Assembly (NCBI RefSeq): GCF_006345805.1
Contig: NC_043000.1
Coordinates: 1,860,001 to 1,924,000 of the forward strand
Direction: 5' to 3'
Length of the DNA stretch: 64,000 nt
Source: Octopus sinensis
Lineage: Eukaryota
The stretch's first letter is position 1. Each line of letters begins with the position of its first letter. Positions 1 to 13,700 of this stretch are shown here, piece by piece. Below the pieces are notes generated by a model. It worked only from the letters and a program-made list of their open reading frames with translations. It was not told the DNA's origin and ran no database searches. The position numbers were made by a program, and so were the translations under genes.

Positions 1-460
1 GATGAAGGATAATTGACTTTGACTTTTGAAACTGCAACAGTCCAGACTTGTTTCTGTATGTTTATGGAGTATATTATCTGTATTAACCTTATTGACTCTC
101 TGACATGAGTATTTTAGCTCTAGGTAAAGTAGTATATGTCTACTTTCCTTCCCTGGTCTACCTGTTTGACAACAGTTTCAACTTGTTTTACTGTTGAAGA
201 GGATCCTGCAATAATGGTACAAATTTACACAAGTCATCCAAGCCATGTTGGCATGGGAAACAGTTCACATCAGCCATTTCACTTCTGCCACATTTAATTT
301 TTCTCTTATATCATTGAAAATTCTGATGTTCCACAGAACATCCCAAGAGTTCGTCCTCTAATCAAAATTAGTTTTGAGATCTGTTTATTTGGAGATTGAT
401 GATAGTTTGGAAATGAACTAATTACATCTGTAATTGGGAGAAATGTTTATATACTCTCTC

Positions 461-868
461 TCTTTTACTCTTTTACTTGTTTCAGTCATTTGAATGCGGC
501 CATGCTGGAGCACCGCCTTTTAGTCGAGCAAATCGACCCCGGGACTTATTCTTTGTTAGCCCAGTACTTATTCTATCGGTCTCTTTTGCCGAACTGCTAA
601 GTGACGGGGACATAAACACACCAGCATCGGTTGTCAAGCAATGCTAGGGGAACAAACACATACACACAAACATATACACACACATACATATATATACATA
701 TATACGACAGGCTTCTTTCAGTTTCCGTCTACCAAATCCACTCACAAGGCTTTGGTCGGCCCGGGGCTATAGCAGAAGACACTTGCCCAAGATGCCACGC
801 AGTGGGACTGAACCCGGAACAATTTGGTTGGTTAGCAAGCTACTTACCACACAGCCACTCCTGCGCCT
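461..868 (-). mobile_element. tRNA-derived SINE family A (head aggcgcaggagtggctgtgtggtaag...gttccgggttcagtccc; tail (gagtaaaa)n)
   Basis: A/B-box-like head and near-identical copies at 4585-4958(+), 14343-15166(-), 29195-29602(-), 31580-31953(-), 47244-47608(+), 53981-54377(-); partial or older copies at 11069-11250, 37330-37495, 49511-49876, 53386-53590, 57170-57373, 58291-58690. Confidence 0.9.
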
Positions 869-2102
869 ATGTGTGTGTTTGTAGACAATCAGTATGAAAC
901 AATAAGGCACAACTGTTTGAATGCTAACAATTTGGCACAGCTGACTGGACATTCAGCCTGTTTTGGTACTGGAAACAAACACATGTAGACAGGAATATTC
1001 ATTTACTGAAAGAAAGGGAGAGAGATTACAATTTATTCATTGAATATTATTGACATAAATATTTTCCCTCTCCTCTTACACAGAGAAGTGGAGAGGGTGA
1101 AAATGGGAAAAAACATTAAAGCATTTGGTATTAGATACATCAGTGTTGAATCAACAGTGCCACATAAGTAACACCAAAACGTTTCATGCTCATATATAAA
1201 TATATGTATATAGGTAGATAGATCTAATGTACTGCCTTATTTAACACTCCTGCCTACTTTGTGTTCCTTTATGTTTACTCTGTTAAAAACATTCAGACCA
1301 GACACCTGGTTCCCTCCACATGCTTTTATTGCCTGTGGATGTACAAGGGTGAGCATCAGATGCATTAATCTCATAGGGCTAAGGACATGAGGGAGTCAAA
1401 GTCATGTGACTCATCCCTTCTCCTCTGATGGACTGAATATGTACACTAGGAATAAGTTTATATGTATTTAAAGGGTCTTTTGTTTGTTCCTTCTCGAGCC
1501 ATGCCTGGCTCATAAGGGCCGTTTTCACGGTTTCCTTGACACATAGGTTCCCCACCTGGATGGGATGCCAGTCCGTCGCAGGTAAGATGCAGGAGGAAAG
1601 AGTAAGAGAAAGTTATGGCGAAAGAGTCAGCAGAAGTTTGCCATTACCTTCTGCCGGAGCCATGTGGAGCTTAGGTGTTTTGCTCATAAACACACACATC
1701 GCCCGGTCTGAGATTCGAACCAGCAATCCCTCGACCGCTCTAACTACTAGGCCATGTGCCTCCACATTTAAAGGGTCTGAAAATGGTTAAGACTGAAATG
1801 ATCAAAACTAAACCAAATAACTGTGACAAGTGAGTTTACTAGCGTTGTGATACCAACAAGTAATTTTCAGGTATGTGTGTATGTTTTTGTTTTGTTTTTT
1901 TGTTTGTTTTTACCCACCTTGCCATTATCTTTTGTTGCACTTCTGGCTTGTTCATTGATCTCTTCCAGATTAAAACTAGAAGTAAAGAGGTGCTTGATTA
2001 TCTAGGCATTGATCCCTTCTCAGACCTTCAGGTCTAATCATACTTTTCCTTTCACGGTTGTCCCAGTCACTAATATACAGTTGGTTTTGATTTCCTTGTC
2101 AG

Positions 2103-2204
2103 GGGTTGTTTTGCTTATTTTATTGCTGCGTTTTTGCTTGGTGCAGCACCAGAAGAAGGAAGAGGAACAGCAGCAAATCTATGAAATGATTGAGAAAATT
2201 ATCG
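2103..2204 (+). CDS. LEMD3: MAN1 exon (TM2 end, GVVLLILLLRFCLVQHQKKEEEQQQIYEMIEKII)
   Basis: tccttgtcag|GG acceptor, ATCG|gtgagt donor, 102 nt, phase 1-1. Confidence 0.85.
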
Positions 2205-3337
2205 GTGAGTAAATGATTAGGTTTTAATTCTACAACAGCACATTCTTCACCACCTCCTCCTCTCTCATCACTGTCACTGTTGCCATCAAAATGGCTTTGT
2301 TGGTCTTGTCAAGTGGAATGGATTTCCAGTTAAACATTCTTACATTTCTTTTCCCTGTACATTTGAGTTGCTATGTTTATTGAAAATGTCACTTAAAATG
2401 GAACTGTTGTTATTATAAAATAGACTGAAATCTTGTGATTGTTGTTGGCATAGTACAAGAGGAAGTTTCTTAATAAATATATTTTAACCCTTTAGCATTC
2501 AAACCGGCCATATCCAGCCAAAATATTTAACCTGTTTTAAATTGAAACTGACCAGATCTCACCTCTCACCTCAGCCCTACCATGTCATTCTAAAACTAAA
2601 AAAATCACATCACTGAAATCTCTAAACTACAAGATAATGCATGATTAATTCAAACCATTTTAAATAAACAAACATCACATTTGACAGAATAATCTGAACA
2701 CTAAAGAGTTAAGCAAGTTCAATATTCTTGTGATTGAGAGCTAAGCAAGATCAATTCTCATAGATTGGAGACTCAAGTGAAGACAGTCCACTGAAAGTGA
2801 GATCAACTATCATGAATTAAAGGTCTCCTATACTTGTTAGTTTGATTATATGATGTTGACTAAAAGTCACGTGAGAGGAAAGAACCAGTTATGGTGGTTG
2901 ATGTCTTCAGCATAGATAACATTGATTACTAGGTTTAGACTATCAATGCCATCAACATTACTTATGTAACAACCAGTGACACTATTAAGAGTATAGAGAT
3001 AAGCCAAATCATATGATCTATGCAAATCTGTGTTGATCTATACTGCTGTGATAGTTAGTGTGAAGTGTGTAAATGTGGTTAATGTGCAAATGACATGAAA
3101 CTGAGAAATCAAGTGAAATACTACTGCACTTCTGTTGAGATGCTCTGTGTTTCTTTCAATTACTTTAGATATAACACAGAATTTAGTAAAATAACTTAGT
3201 TATCATTGAGCTAGTGTTAGGAACATAAATTGTGACTAAGGTTTGGTGGAAGATTTTAATTCATAACTTTTGAAAACAAGACATGTGTACTATGGAGCCA
3301 GAGCCGGTTTCAGCCGGGTTGGTAACAGTTAAAATAC

Positions 3338-3375
<38 letters not shown>

Positions 3376-3470
3376 GTTACGCACTGGGTCGATGTAATCA
3401 ACTTAATCCGTTTGTCTGTCCTTGTTTGTCCCGTCTGTGTTTAGCCCCTTGTGGGTAGTAAAGAAATATA

Positions 3471-3501
<31 letters not shown>

Positions 3502-6500
3502 TTCTTTACTACCCACAAGGGGCTAAACACAGAAGGGACAAACAAGGACAGACAAACGGATTAAGTCGATTACATCGACCCCAGTGAACTGGTACTTAAG
3601 GATGAAAGGCAAAGTCGACCTCGGCGGAATTTGAACTCAGAACGTAACGGCAGACAAAATACCGCTAAGCATTTCGCCCGGCATGCTAACGTTTCTGCCA
3701 GCTCGCCACCTTCACTATATATATATCATGTTGAACCATTAATCCCTACCAAGTTTTTCTCTCTTTTTTTTTTATTCCCAATCCTTTCTGTCAAAGAGCA
3801 TAGGCTTGAAATGTCAAAGACTTTTCCATTCTTCCTGAGCATCAAACTAATGCTCCTGCTTGTTGTTCTTTCACCTGTCTTCGTCTTTTGTTTTCTGTAA
3901 ATTCAAACTATATATATATATATATATATATAGACAGACAGATGTGTGTACCATTATCTGCATTCTTTGTTTTCCACCACTTGAATATATGATTATTCTT
4001 TCATCATTTTAATGGTTATTTATCATCAGTAGTGGTATCCAAATATCCAATAAGGAATCTACTGAACTGTAGCCCCAGGAGTTCATTGTCCAAACCAGAA
4101 CTGTAAATTGTTATACTCTTTTACTAGTTTCAGTCATTGGACTGCAACCATTCAGGGATACTGCTTTCAAGGATTTTGGGCATTCATATTGACCCCAGTA
4201 CTTATTTCAGTCTGGTACTTAGTTTAACAAATCACTAAATTATACTTTTTACTCTTTTGTTATTATATTTCTGTTCAAATACAGTCTCTGTATTTGTTAA
4301 TTTAATTGAATTTGGTAAAATAGCTTTGTCGTTATTAAGCTGGTATCTGGAACATGAATAAGCACGAAATTCTGATGGAAAGTTTTAATATATACTATTT
4401 AAAAGAGGAAATTTGTATCACAACCAAGAATGGTCTTGAGTGGATTGCTATCCAAAGGTTTAACACCAAGGAATGCAATTCAGCACATCAGTTTACACTA
4501 GTAAGGACGAACACAAGCATGGTTGCCCATAGATGTACAGTTTCTAAGGCATTGGTCAACCTATAGCTACAATAGAAGCTATATAGGCGCAGGAGTGGCT
4601 GTGTGGTAAGTAGCTTGTTTACCAACCACATGGTTCTGGGTTCAGTTCCACTGCGTGACACCTTGGGCAAGTGTCTTCTACTATAACCTCGGGCCGACCA
4701 AAGCCTTGTGAGTGGATTTGGTAGACAGAAACTGAAAGAAGCCCGTCATATATATGTATATATATATATATATATATGCGTTTGTGTGTCTGTGTTTGTT
4801 CCCATTACTTAGCGGTTCGGCAAAAGAAACCGATAGAATAAGTAAAGGGCTTACAAAAGAATAAGTCCCGGGGTCAAGTTGCTTGATTAAAGGCGGTGCT
4901 CCAGCATGGCCGCAGTCAAAAGACTGAAACAAGTTAAAGAGAGTAAATAGTAAGAGTATATCTTTTTAAGGTGTAACACAATGAGATTGAACACAGAACT
5001 ACATAATTGCATTGCTAACTTCTTAGCTACACACCTATGCATGTACCTTTAAGTGAATATTTTTGTTATATTTCATTTCAGATACACTAAAGTCTGAATG
5101 TGAAGCAATGTCTCGACATGATGAGGAGCCTTACCTAGCTGTACAACATGTCCGTGACAAATTATTACAACCGTCAAAAAGGTATTTTACTAAGACATTG
5201 TTTACCTTCTGTTTTTGACTTTTTCTTAGAAACAGAATTAATTCTATTTTAATGTCAATTGATTTTAGATTTGTCTTTTAAGAATACATATTTCATTGTA
5301 GTCTATTCTCTCTCTCTTTTTCCAGTTAGTGAAGCTATGTATTCACCTCTTCAGCAAGACATCTGTTCCCATCCCTCTATCATCATCATCATCATCATCG
5401 TTTAGCGTCCGTTTTCCATGCTAGCATGGGTTGGACGGTTCTACTGGGGTCTGTGAAGCCAGAAGGCTTCATCAGGCCCAGTCAAAATCTGGCAGTGTTT
5501 CTACGGCTGGATGCCCTTCCTAACGCCAACCACTCTGTGAGTGTAGTGGGTGCTTTTTACGTGCCACCCGCACAGGTGCCAGACAGAGCTGGCAAACGGC
5601 CACGAACGGATGGTGCTTTTTATGTGCTACCGGCACGAGGGCCAGGCGAGGCTGGCAACGGACACGAACAGATGGTGCTTTTTACGTGCCGGTGGCACGA
5701 GGCCAGTCGGGGCGGCGCTGGCAACGGTCGCGAAATGGAAGGTTCTCTTACATGCCACCGGCACTGGTAACACATCTGCAATTTCCATTGATCGATTTCG
5801 ATTCTGATCCTCACTTGCCTCAACAGGTCTTCACAAGCAGAGTTTTGTGTCCCATATATCCTTCAGTATTATATCCCACTCAGCTGAGGGTTTTATCTTG
5901 CAAGTATTTGGTGACCCCACTAATCCACATGTTTTGCCATGGAGGCATCTTTCGTCCACGCTACCATCAAAGATCCACCTCACTAGTTCTGGTGCCTCAG
6001 TGGTTGGTTTTGGGAAGGACATCCAGCTGGAGAAACTATGCCAAAAGCAGACAATGGGAACCTAGTGCAGCCCTCAGGGTTGTCAGTTCCTGTTGAACCA
6101 TGTGACCCATGCCAGCATGGAAAAAGGGACATTAATGGTGGCAATGACAACAATGTCGTCCATCCAACCTCTGACCATTCCATCAGCTAAAGAGCCTTGT
6201 CTTTTTCAGTCTGGGCCAAGCAGAGTTTCGTGTGTAAATCATTTGATATTTTTGTAAAAGATAGTCTGAAGAGTAGGAATGATACCCATAACTTCTGCAA
6301 GCCTTTGCATACCAAATTGTCTCCATGATTCCAATAAGAGTTGTCGGTGTTAGACGTATCTTGGTTAATAATGACACTAGTAATTATAGGAGCCATGATA
6401 AAATGCACCCAGTACATTCTGTTAAGTAGTTAAGAAACAAATGAAAACAATGTAGGCCCAAATGCATACCACAATAAAATTCACCCAATGCATTCTGTAA

Positions 6501-7687
6501 AGTGGTTGATGTTGGGCAGGGCATCCAGCTGTAGAAACTTTGCTAAAAAGGACCATCTGAGCAAGATTTGTCTTACTCTTTGACCTATCTATTCACTTGT
6601 TCTCTTCAAACATCAAGCTTCAGCTAATCCTATCATGTGACATCTAACGGATAGTTACAATGAATGTCACTGTCAATCACTTAACTCTATCCTTATAGTT
6701 TCAAAGCTGTTTATGATACATTGGAGGCGCAATGGCCCAGTGGTTAGGGCAGCGGACTCGCGGTCGTAGGATCGCGGTTTCAATTCCCAGACCGGGCGTT
6801 GTGAGTGTTTATTGAGCGAAAACACCTAAAAGCTCCACGAGGCTCTGGCAGGGGATGGTGATCCCTGCTGTACTCTTTCACCACAACTTTCTCTCACTCT
6901 TACTTCCTGTTTCTGTTGTACCTGTATTTCAAAGGGCCGGCCTTGTCACTCTCTGTGTCACGCTGAATATCCCCGAGAACTACGTTAAGGGACTACGTTA
7001 AGGGTACACGTGTCTGTGGAGTGCTCAGCCACTTACATGTTAATTTCACGAGCAGGCTGTTCCGTTGGTCGGATCAACCGGAACCCTCGTCGTCGGAACC
7101 GACGGAGTGCTTCCATTATGATACATTGCTTAGGATTCCTCTGAAATAATTAGATTATTCTCTATCATGAATTAGTCAGCACTGTTTCTATGTCTGTTCT
7201 TTCTCTCTCTCTCTCTCTCTCTCTCTATTCTTTTTCACCTTAACCTTTTAGTGTTTAAACCGGCCATATCTGGCCCAAATATTCTATATGTTTTATATTC
7301 AAACTGGCCATATTTAGCCTCTCACACCTAACCTACATTGACATTCTAAAAATAAACAATCACATCATTGAAACCTCAAAGCTATGAGATAATACTTGAT
7401 TAATTCAAAACAATTTGAGAGAAAAGTATTACATTTAACAGAGTAATCTGAACACTAAAGGGTTAAATTTCCTAGGTATTTAACTAGTACTACTTTCATT
7501 TCATTTTAGGAAACAATTGCTACCAATCTGGAAGAAAGCTGCCAAATTTATTGAAGAGAATGAATCTCGAATCCGACATGAAACTCGAATGATTGAAGGA
7601 GAAGAATTTGATGTATGGCGATGGTTACCAGTAAGTGAATTAGTAATTTTCTTCAGATTGAAATAATCCTAATTGTTATTATTGTTA

Positions 7688-7728
<41 letters not shown>

Positions 7729-10700
7729 TGTGCAACCCATGCCAGCATGGAAATATGGTTGTTAAAAGGTGAGGATAATAATGATGTGCAGTAGATTAGT
7801 AGAATTGTTAGTGTCATAGTTTTTGTTCTTTGTGTTCTGAGTTCAACCCCTACCAAGGTCCACTTAGCCTTTCATCCCTTTAGAATCGATAAAATAAAGT
7901 ATTCATGAAGTATTGGGGTCAGTGGTATAGACTAAGACCTTCCCCTCAAGTCTTATGCTTAGTGCCATTTTGTCTGTCTTTGTGTTCTTAAATTCCACTG
8001 AGGTCGATTTTGCCTTTCATCCTTTCAGGATCAATGGAATAAGTACCAGTTGCACACTGGGGTTGAGGTAATCAACTTGCTTGTCTCCCAAAATTTCAGG
8101 TCTTGTGCCAATATAAAAAATATTGACCATGATGAATGGGTAGAAGTATGCATGGATGCCTTCCAAAAATGGTCAAACAAAAGTATTCCATCAAATTTTT
8201 TCTGTAGATTATTGAAGTTTGTGTTACAAAGTAACACAATGAAGTTTGGACAAAAATTTTACCACCAGACAAGGGGTTGCACCACGAGTACCCCCATGGC
8301 AGTTAATTTCGTTAATGTCTTCATGATGAAATTCGAGACACAGTTACTGAAACATTCAAATCCTTACATGGTCATGAACCAATACTCTGTTTGCGGTTCA
8401 TTGATGACTTCTTTTCTTGTCTGGGAAGGATCACAGAATAGTCTAATTAACTTCTTGCATTTCTGTGACTGTTGTGCTAAAAATTATGGCTTTAAGTCCA
8501 ACATAAAATTTACATCTAGTTTTTTCAAAAGCTAGCATTGAATTTTTGAACACAAAAGTTAAGTTTTCTGGAGGTAGAATAGTGATAGTTATTTTGCAAA
8601 CCCACGTCATCCCACATTTACCTCCATCGCTGCTCCGATCATCCACATCATATAATTTGGTCAAATCTGAAATCCCAATTTCTGAAGATAAAATGGATTT
8701 GTACTGACATAGGGGATTACTGGAAACATGCGAATGCTTTTGTACACCATTATGTCAAACACGGTTACAGTGAATCATGATTAAAGAAAGCAAATGACAT
8801 AGCTAAAATTAGCAGAGAAAGTCAAGCTAAATTCACGCATAGTTTTAGCAAAAACAATACAGTATATGACAGAATTCCTTCAGTGATTTACTGGCACTGA
8901 AATTTCACTGGCATTTCAAAAGTGTTGCATGAAAGCTACCAGTATATTGTAGAAAAATATCCTCATTTCAAACAAATATTTCTTCAGACTTCTATTGTAG
9001 CCTTTAGACAGAATAAAAATATAAGAGAACATTTAATCTCTACTCCAAGAAAACATTGGAGTATCTGCACGCTGTACCTTGAAAAACAGCCGCCAGAGAG
9101 GTAAGCCCTGTTCATTGTGCAACAACATGAGTCAAGTGAATTCCATCAGAAATCATAGCAGAAATGTTATGATTTATATAGAAGTTGGGACATTTAGAGA
9201 TTCCCATTTGGTGTATGCAGCAGAATGCATGAAACAACTTGATTTATGTTTGTTGTACAATAGAACAATTAAACAAAAGATTTGATGGGCACAAATTTGA
9301 CATCAGGCACACTAACAGTAGTTCGACAGAACCTGCTAAACATTTTGCATCAAACGACTGCAATTTTGAAAAAGACTTGAAAGTTCATATTCTCAGAAAA
9401 TATTCTGAATCTGTTACACTTTCAATACTCAAAATGCATGAGTAGAAATATGTTTGCAGGTTAACATCATGTCCTGGAAGAATGAATAAAATGACTGGAG
9501 AATTTCATCAAGTTTACACAAAACTGTTTGATTAAATATTCTTCATCTTTTTTTTTCTTTCTTTTTCTTTTCACCAGTTGAGAAATTGAAACGTGAAGAC
9601 TGGTGTTGAACTTGAAGACTGATGTTGATGTCATTCATTTTAGATTTGAATTTTTATCACATTCCATTTGGAACTTGGCAAAGACAGGCTTGCTGTCAAA
9701 TTATCGTTCAACCAATAAAATATCTATTGCAATCGCTCTTCGTCTTGTCTATTATTATTATTAAGGTTAGGAGGTGGTGAGCCAACAGAATCGTTAGCAC
9801 GTTGGGCAAAATGCTTAGCAGTATTTCAGCTGTCATCACATTCTGGGTTCAAATTCTGCTGAGGTCCACTTTGCCTTTCATCCTTTCAGGATCAATAAAT
9901 TAAGTACCAATGAAACACTGGGGTTGATGTGATTGACTTACCCACTCCCCACAAATTTCAGGCCTTGTGCCTATAGTAGAAAGGATTATTAAGATGGCGA
10001 GCTGGCAAAATCGTTTGCACACCATGCAAAATGCTTGGCAGTATTTTGTCCATCTTCACATTCTGAGTTAAAATTCAGCTGAGGTCTATTTTACCTTTCA
10101 TCCTTTTGGGGGTCAATAAAATATATACTATCTGAGTACAGGGGTCAATGTAATCAGCTATCCCTCTCCCCTAAATTTCAGGTCTTATTCCTATAGTAGA
10201 AAGGATTATTATTATTATCAAGTAATCTTAATGTTTCATTTGTAACTACCTTGGCATAATATATGTTCTCCACTATGTTTATATATTATTGTTGGTGTAT
10301 ATAACAAACAACTAAATTTTTAAAAGTTGCTATCATCATCGAATCCAGCATCTCCCTATCACATTGAATACTTCTATTTCTAACCCCAACCCATATTGTT
10401 GGGGAAACAGCTTGGATATTGGGGGAGGTGAGGGGGCATATAAACAAACAAATAAACAAGTGTCTCAAAGAAAAAGTTACTGCATTACACACACACTTCT
10501 AGGATAAGTAGTTCTTGCAGCTGCAAAAATCTATTACAAGTAGTTGAATGGAAAGAGAAAGTGAAAAACAATACTATATACAAGGAGGTTTTCGTCAAGC
10601 AGATAATGGTTTCAGTCTATTTACATGGAGTGTTGGAACTGAGTTAATGTATAGTCGTGTCTTCCACAATAACAGTATCCACCTCTATAGTTATTTATAG

Positions 10701-13700
10701 TCATCTTCATTAACCATTTAGCATTCAGGTTATTCTGTCAAATGTAATGCTTATCTATTCGCATTGTTTCAAATGAATCATGCATTATGTCATAGCTTCG
10801 AGATTTTGATGCTGTGATTGTTTATTTTTCAAATGACATTCTGAAGTAGATTTGATAAGCTGGATCTTGCCGGCTTAAACAGATAGCTTATCCGAGATGG
10901 ATATGACCAGTTTAAATGCTAATGGGTTAAGCTGCTATTTGATGGAATTTAGACTTCTCTCTTTTTGTCTCTGGCTATTACACTGCTCTAATTAGTTTAA
11001 TCAATTTCACAGCAGTTTTACCACCACCACTACCCCACTTTACCAGTAAAATATGGGTTTATAATACATGGCATGGCTGTGTGGTTAGGGAGCTTGCTTC
11101 CTAGCTACATGATTTCGGGTTCAGTCCCACTGCGTGGCACTTTGGGTTGGTGTCTTCCACTATAGCCCCGAGCCGACCGGAGCTTTGTGATTGAATTCGG
11201 TAGGTGGAAGTTACTGCCGTGTGTGTACATGTGTGTGTAGGTGCTTGTGCTTCTCCGAAAGAGAGAGAGGTATTGCATTTTTTATATACTGCTAGATTGG
11301 TAATCTGTGTACAAAGGTCTGTACCTTATTAAATGTGAAGTTTGAGGCTTGTTTTGGGTGTTTGAACCTTCAGACAACAGTTATTTTTGTGCAACTACAT
11401 TGATTTAGTACTTAACTAATTCTTTTTTTATCACATCTCTTGAACAGGTCTGCTGTACAAGTTCCCCTCACATGACTCAATCCTTGGTGAGTTTTTTTTT
11501 TTTATCTGAGAAACTTTTGTAACTGAATGTAGAATGCTTTGTATTTTGAAACGGTGAAATTGGTGCTGCTGTTTAGCAGCTTCATGGCAAATCTTTCTTC
11601 ACAGGAAAATGTGGAATGAGTGATAAAACTTGTAGAAGTTAGGGGGCTACAGCTGGTCTGTTTAATCCTTATTGAAGATTAAATAGATCTTTTAAAAGCT
11701 GTCCCTGCCTATGACAGATTCTCCAATGTTCTTAAGACTGAGCAGAGATAGCAATTCATTTATTTCCCACCTTAATGAGTGATCTGTCTTAGTGAGCTAT
11801 CAAGGGATCTTCTGCTTGTTCCTCGATCTGCTAGAAATAGCAGTCAAATCTCAATTTTCTTCTTACATGGTTATGGTTGAGAATTTTGCTTCCCAACCAT
11901 GGTTGATTTGGGGCCACTATAGCCCCAAATCAACCAAAGCCTTGTGAGTAGATTTTGTAGGCAAAAACTGAAGAAGCTTATCACATGTGTTTGTGTGTTT
12001 TCCTTTGTGTTCACTGGTCTTTAAACAATGGTTTTCTTCTTGATTTCATTGTCGTGCAGTCTGTTACAAAAATTTATCCAGGCTTGCTTAACATGTCTTG
12101 ACATGTTACACAATCATTGTAAACAAAATGGTGTTGATTTGTTTCCAGTTCCTCACATAAAATATGAGGAGCTGTTCAATAGGGGATTGGCAACGGGATG
12201 GGCATCATGTTGTTGAAAGACTGTGCCTCATTCAGTAACAACTTTAGCTATGTGAATTGGTGTATTATCATCCTGAAAGATTGTGTTTCCTTCTGGAAAT
12301 AGTTCCTCAACCATAGGATGAATTTGATCAGATAAAATGCTTAAATAGTCTTGACCATTAATTCTGCCACGAAGAGAAACCATTGGGCTGGCAAATTTCT
12401 AAAATGTAGCCCAAGATCATCACAGATCCTTCTCCATGTTTAACAGTTGGAAAGAAGTAGTCTGGGTCAAATGCTTCTTTTGCCTGTCTCCACACGTATA
12501 CTCTATGGGTTGTCGGAAAGAAGGTAAAGGATGACTTGTCCAAGAAAATAACATTCTTCCACTGCTCTAGGGACCAATTCTATAGGTTTTTGCTCCACTC
12601 TAAATGCTTTGCAACATTTGTTTTTGAAAGTAGTGGTTTTCTGATTGCAGCCCTCCTGTCAAATCTGACTTTGTGCAGCTCCCAGCAAACAGTTTTTGTT
12701 GGAACTGGGTTCTTAAGGTGGTCATAAGCTCTGCAGTAATTTTGGGAGTTGTACTTTTGTGATCCTTTCTAACAGTTTGCATAAGAGTCTGACAGTCCCT
12801 ATCTGAAAGTTTTGGTTTTCTTCCGGAGTTTTGTTTTGACGAGGAGGTTTTTCCCTCTTTCTCAAAGGCTGTCATTACCTTCGAGACAGTACTTCTTGAA
12901 GCACCAAACATTTTGGCTGTTTTCATTATGCTAGCACCTGCCATATGAGCACCAACAATTTGACCTCTTTGAAAGTCCAATAGATCTGTCATTTTAATGA
13001 ATTTTAATTACCTTTTTCTAATGATATCCAAAAAAGAAACAGCAATTTTAGCAAAACATATTAAGCAACACTAATAATAAATCTTTCATTTTTGGATTTG
13101 GTTTGCAAAATTCTTTATATAATTTCGTGTGTTGAAGCATATTCTGTTGTGTCTGGGGAGAGTCATTTTCTTTTTGTGCCTTAAATAAAAATAAGAAAAA
13201 AGTGGAAATTTTACCGGTGAGTGCGTTACATTATAAGACACAAAAAGAAAATGACTCTCCCCAGACACAACAGAATAATAAATCAAAAAAACATAAAAAT
13301 AAACAAGCTTTTGAAGGTTTTATAGATATTATGAAATTATGATGCTAGGTGATTCCATTATTTTGTCCAACTCCTCTGTATATTAGTAAACATAATAGCT
13401 AAATATTGTTTATCTCTTTTCTAATGTAATAATAATAATAATAATAATTGTGTACAGTGCTCAGGTGCACTACAACTCCTCTAAAGTGTATATATAATCA
13501 GGTGTAGTTTTGGCGGATTTCGGAAAGCATGAGGGCCTTAAAAGATGCAGTGTCATGGCAGTCAACAACTGACGCAGGCAGTTTATTCCATGCTTCAGCA
13601 ACTCTGAGCGTGAAAAAATGTTTCCGAAAGTCATGGGAGCTGTATTGTTTTCTGACTTTGTAGGCATGTCCACGTGTGTTAGACACATGGAGATCAAAAA

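Noticed and set aside
1084-1168. Possible upstream LEMD3 exon (EVERVKMGKNIKAFGIRYISVESTVPH) after a good pyrimidine tract
   Set aside because: Weak donor, no convincing homology, and it does not give the phase 1 needed for exon 2103.
6723-6800. tRNA genes at SINE heads (also 28084, 44085, 44793, 61416)
   Set aside because: A/B boxes are present but there is no complete acceptor stem, and each runs into a repeat body; treated as SINE heads.
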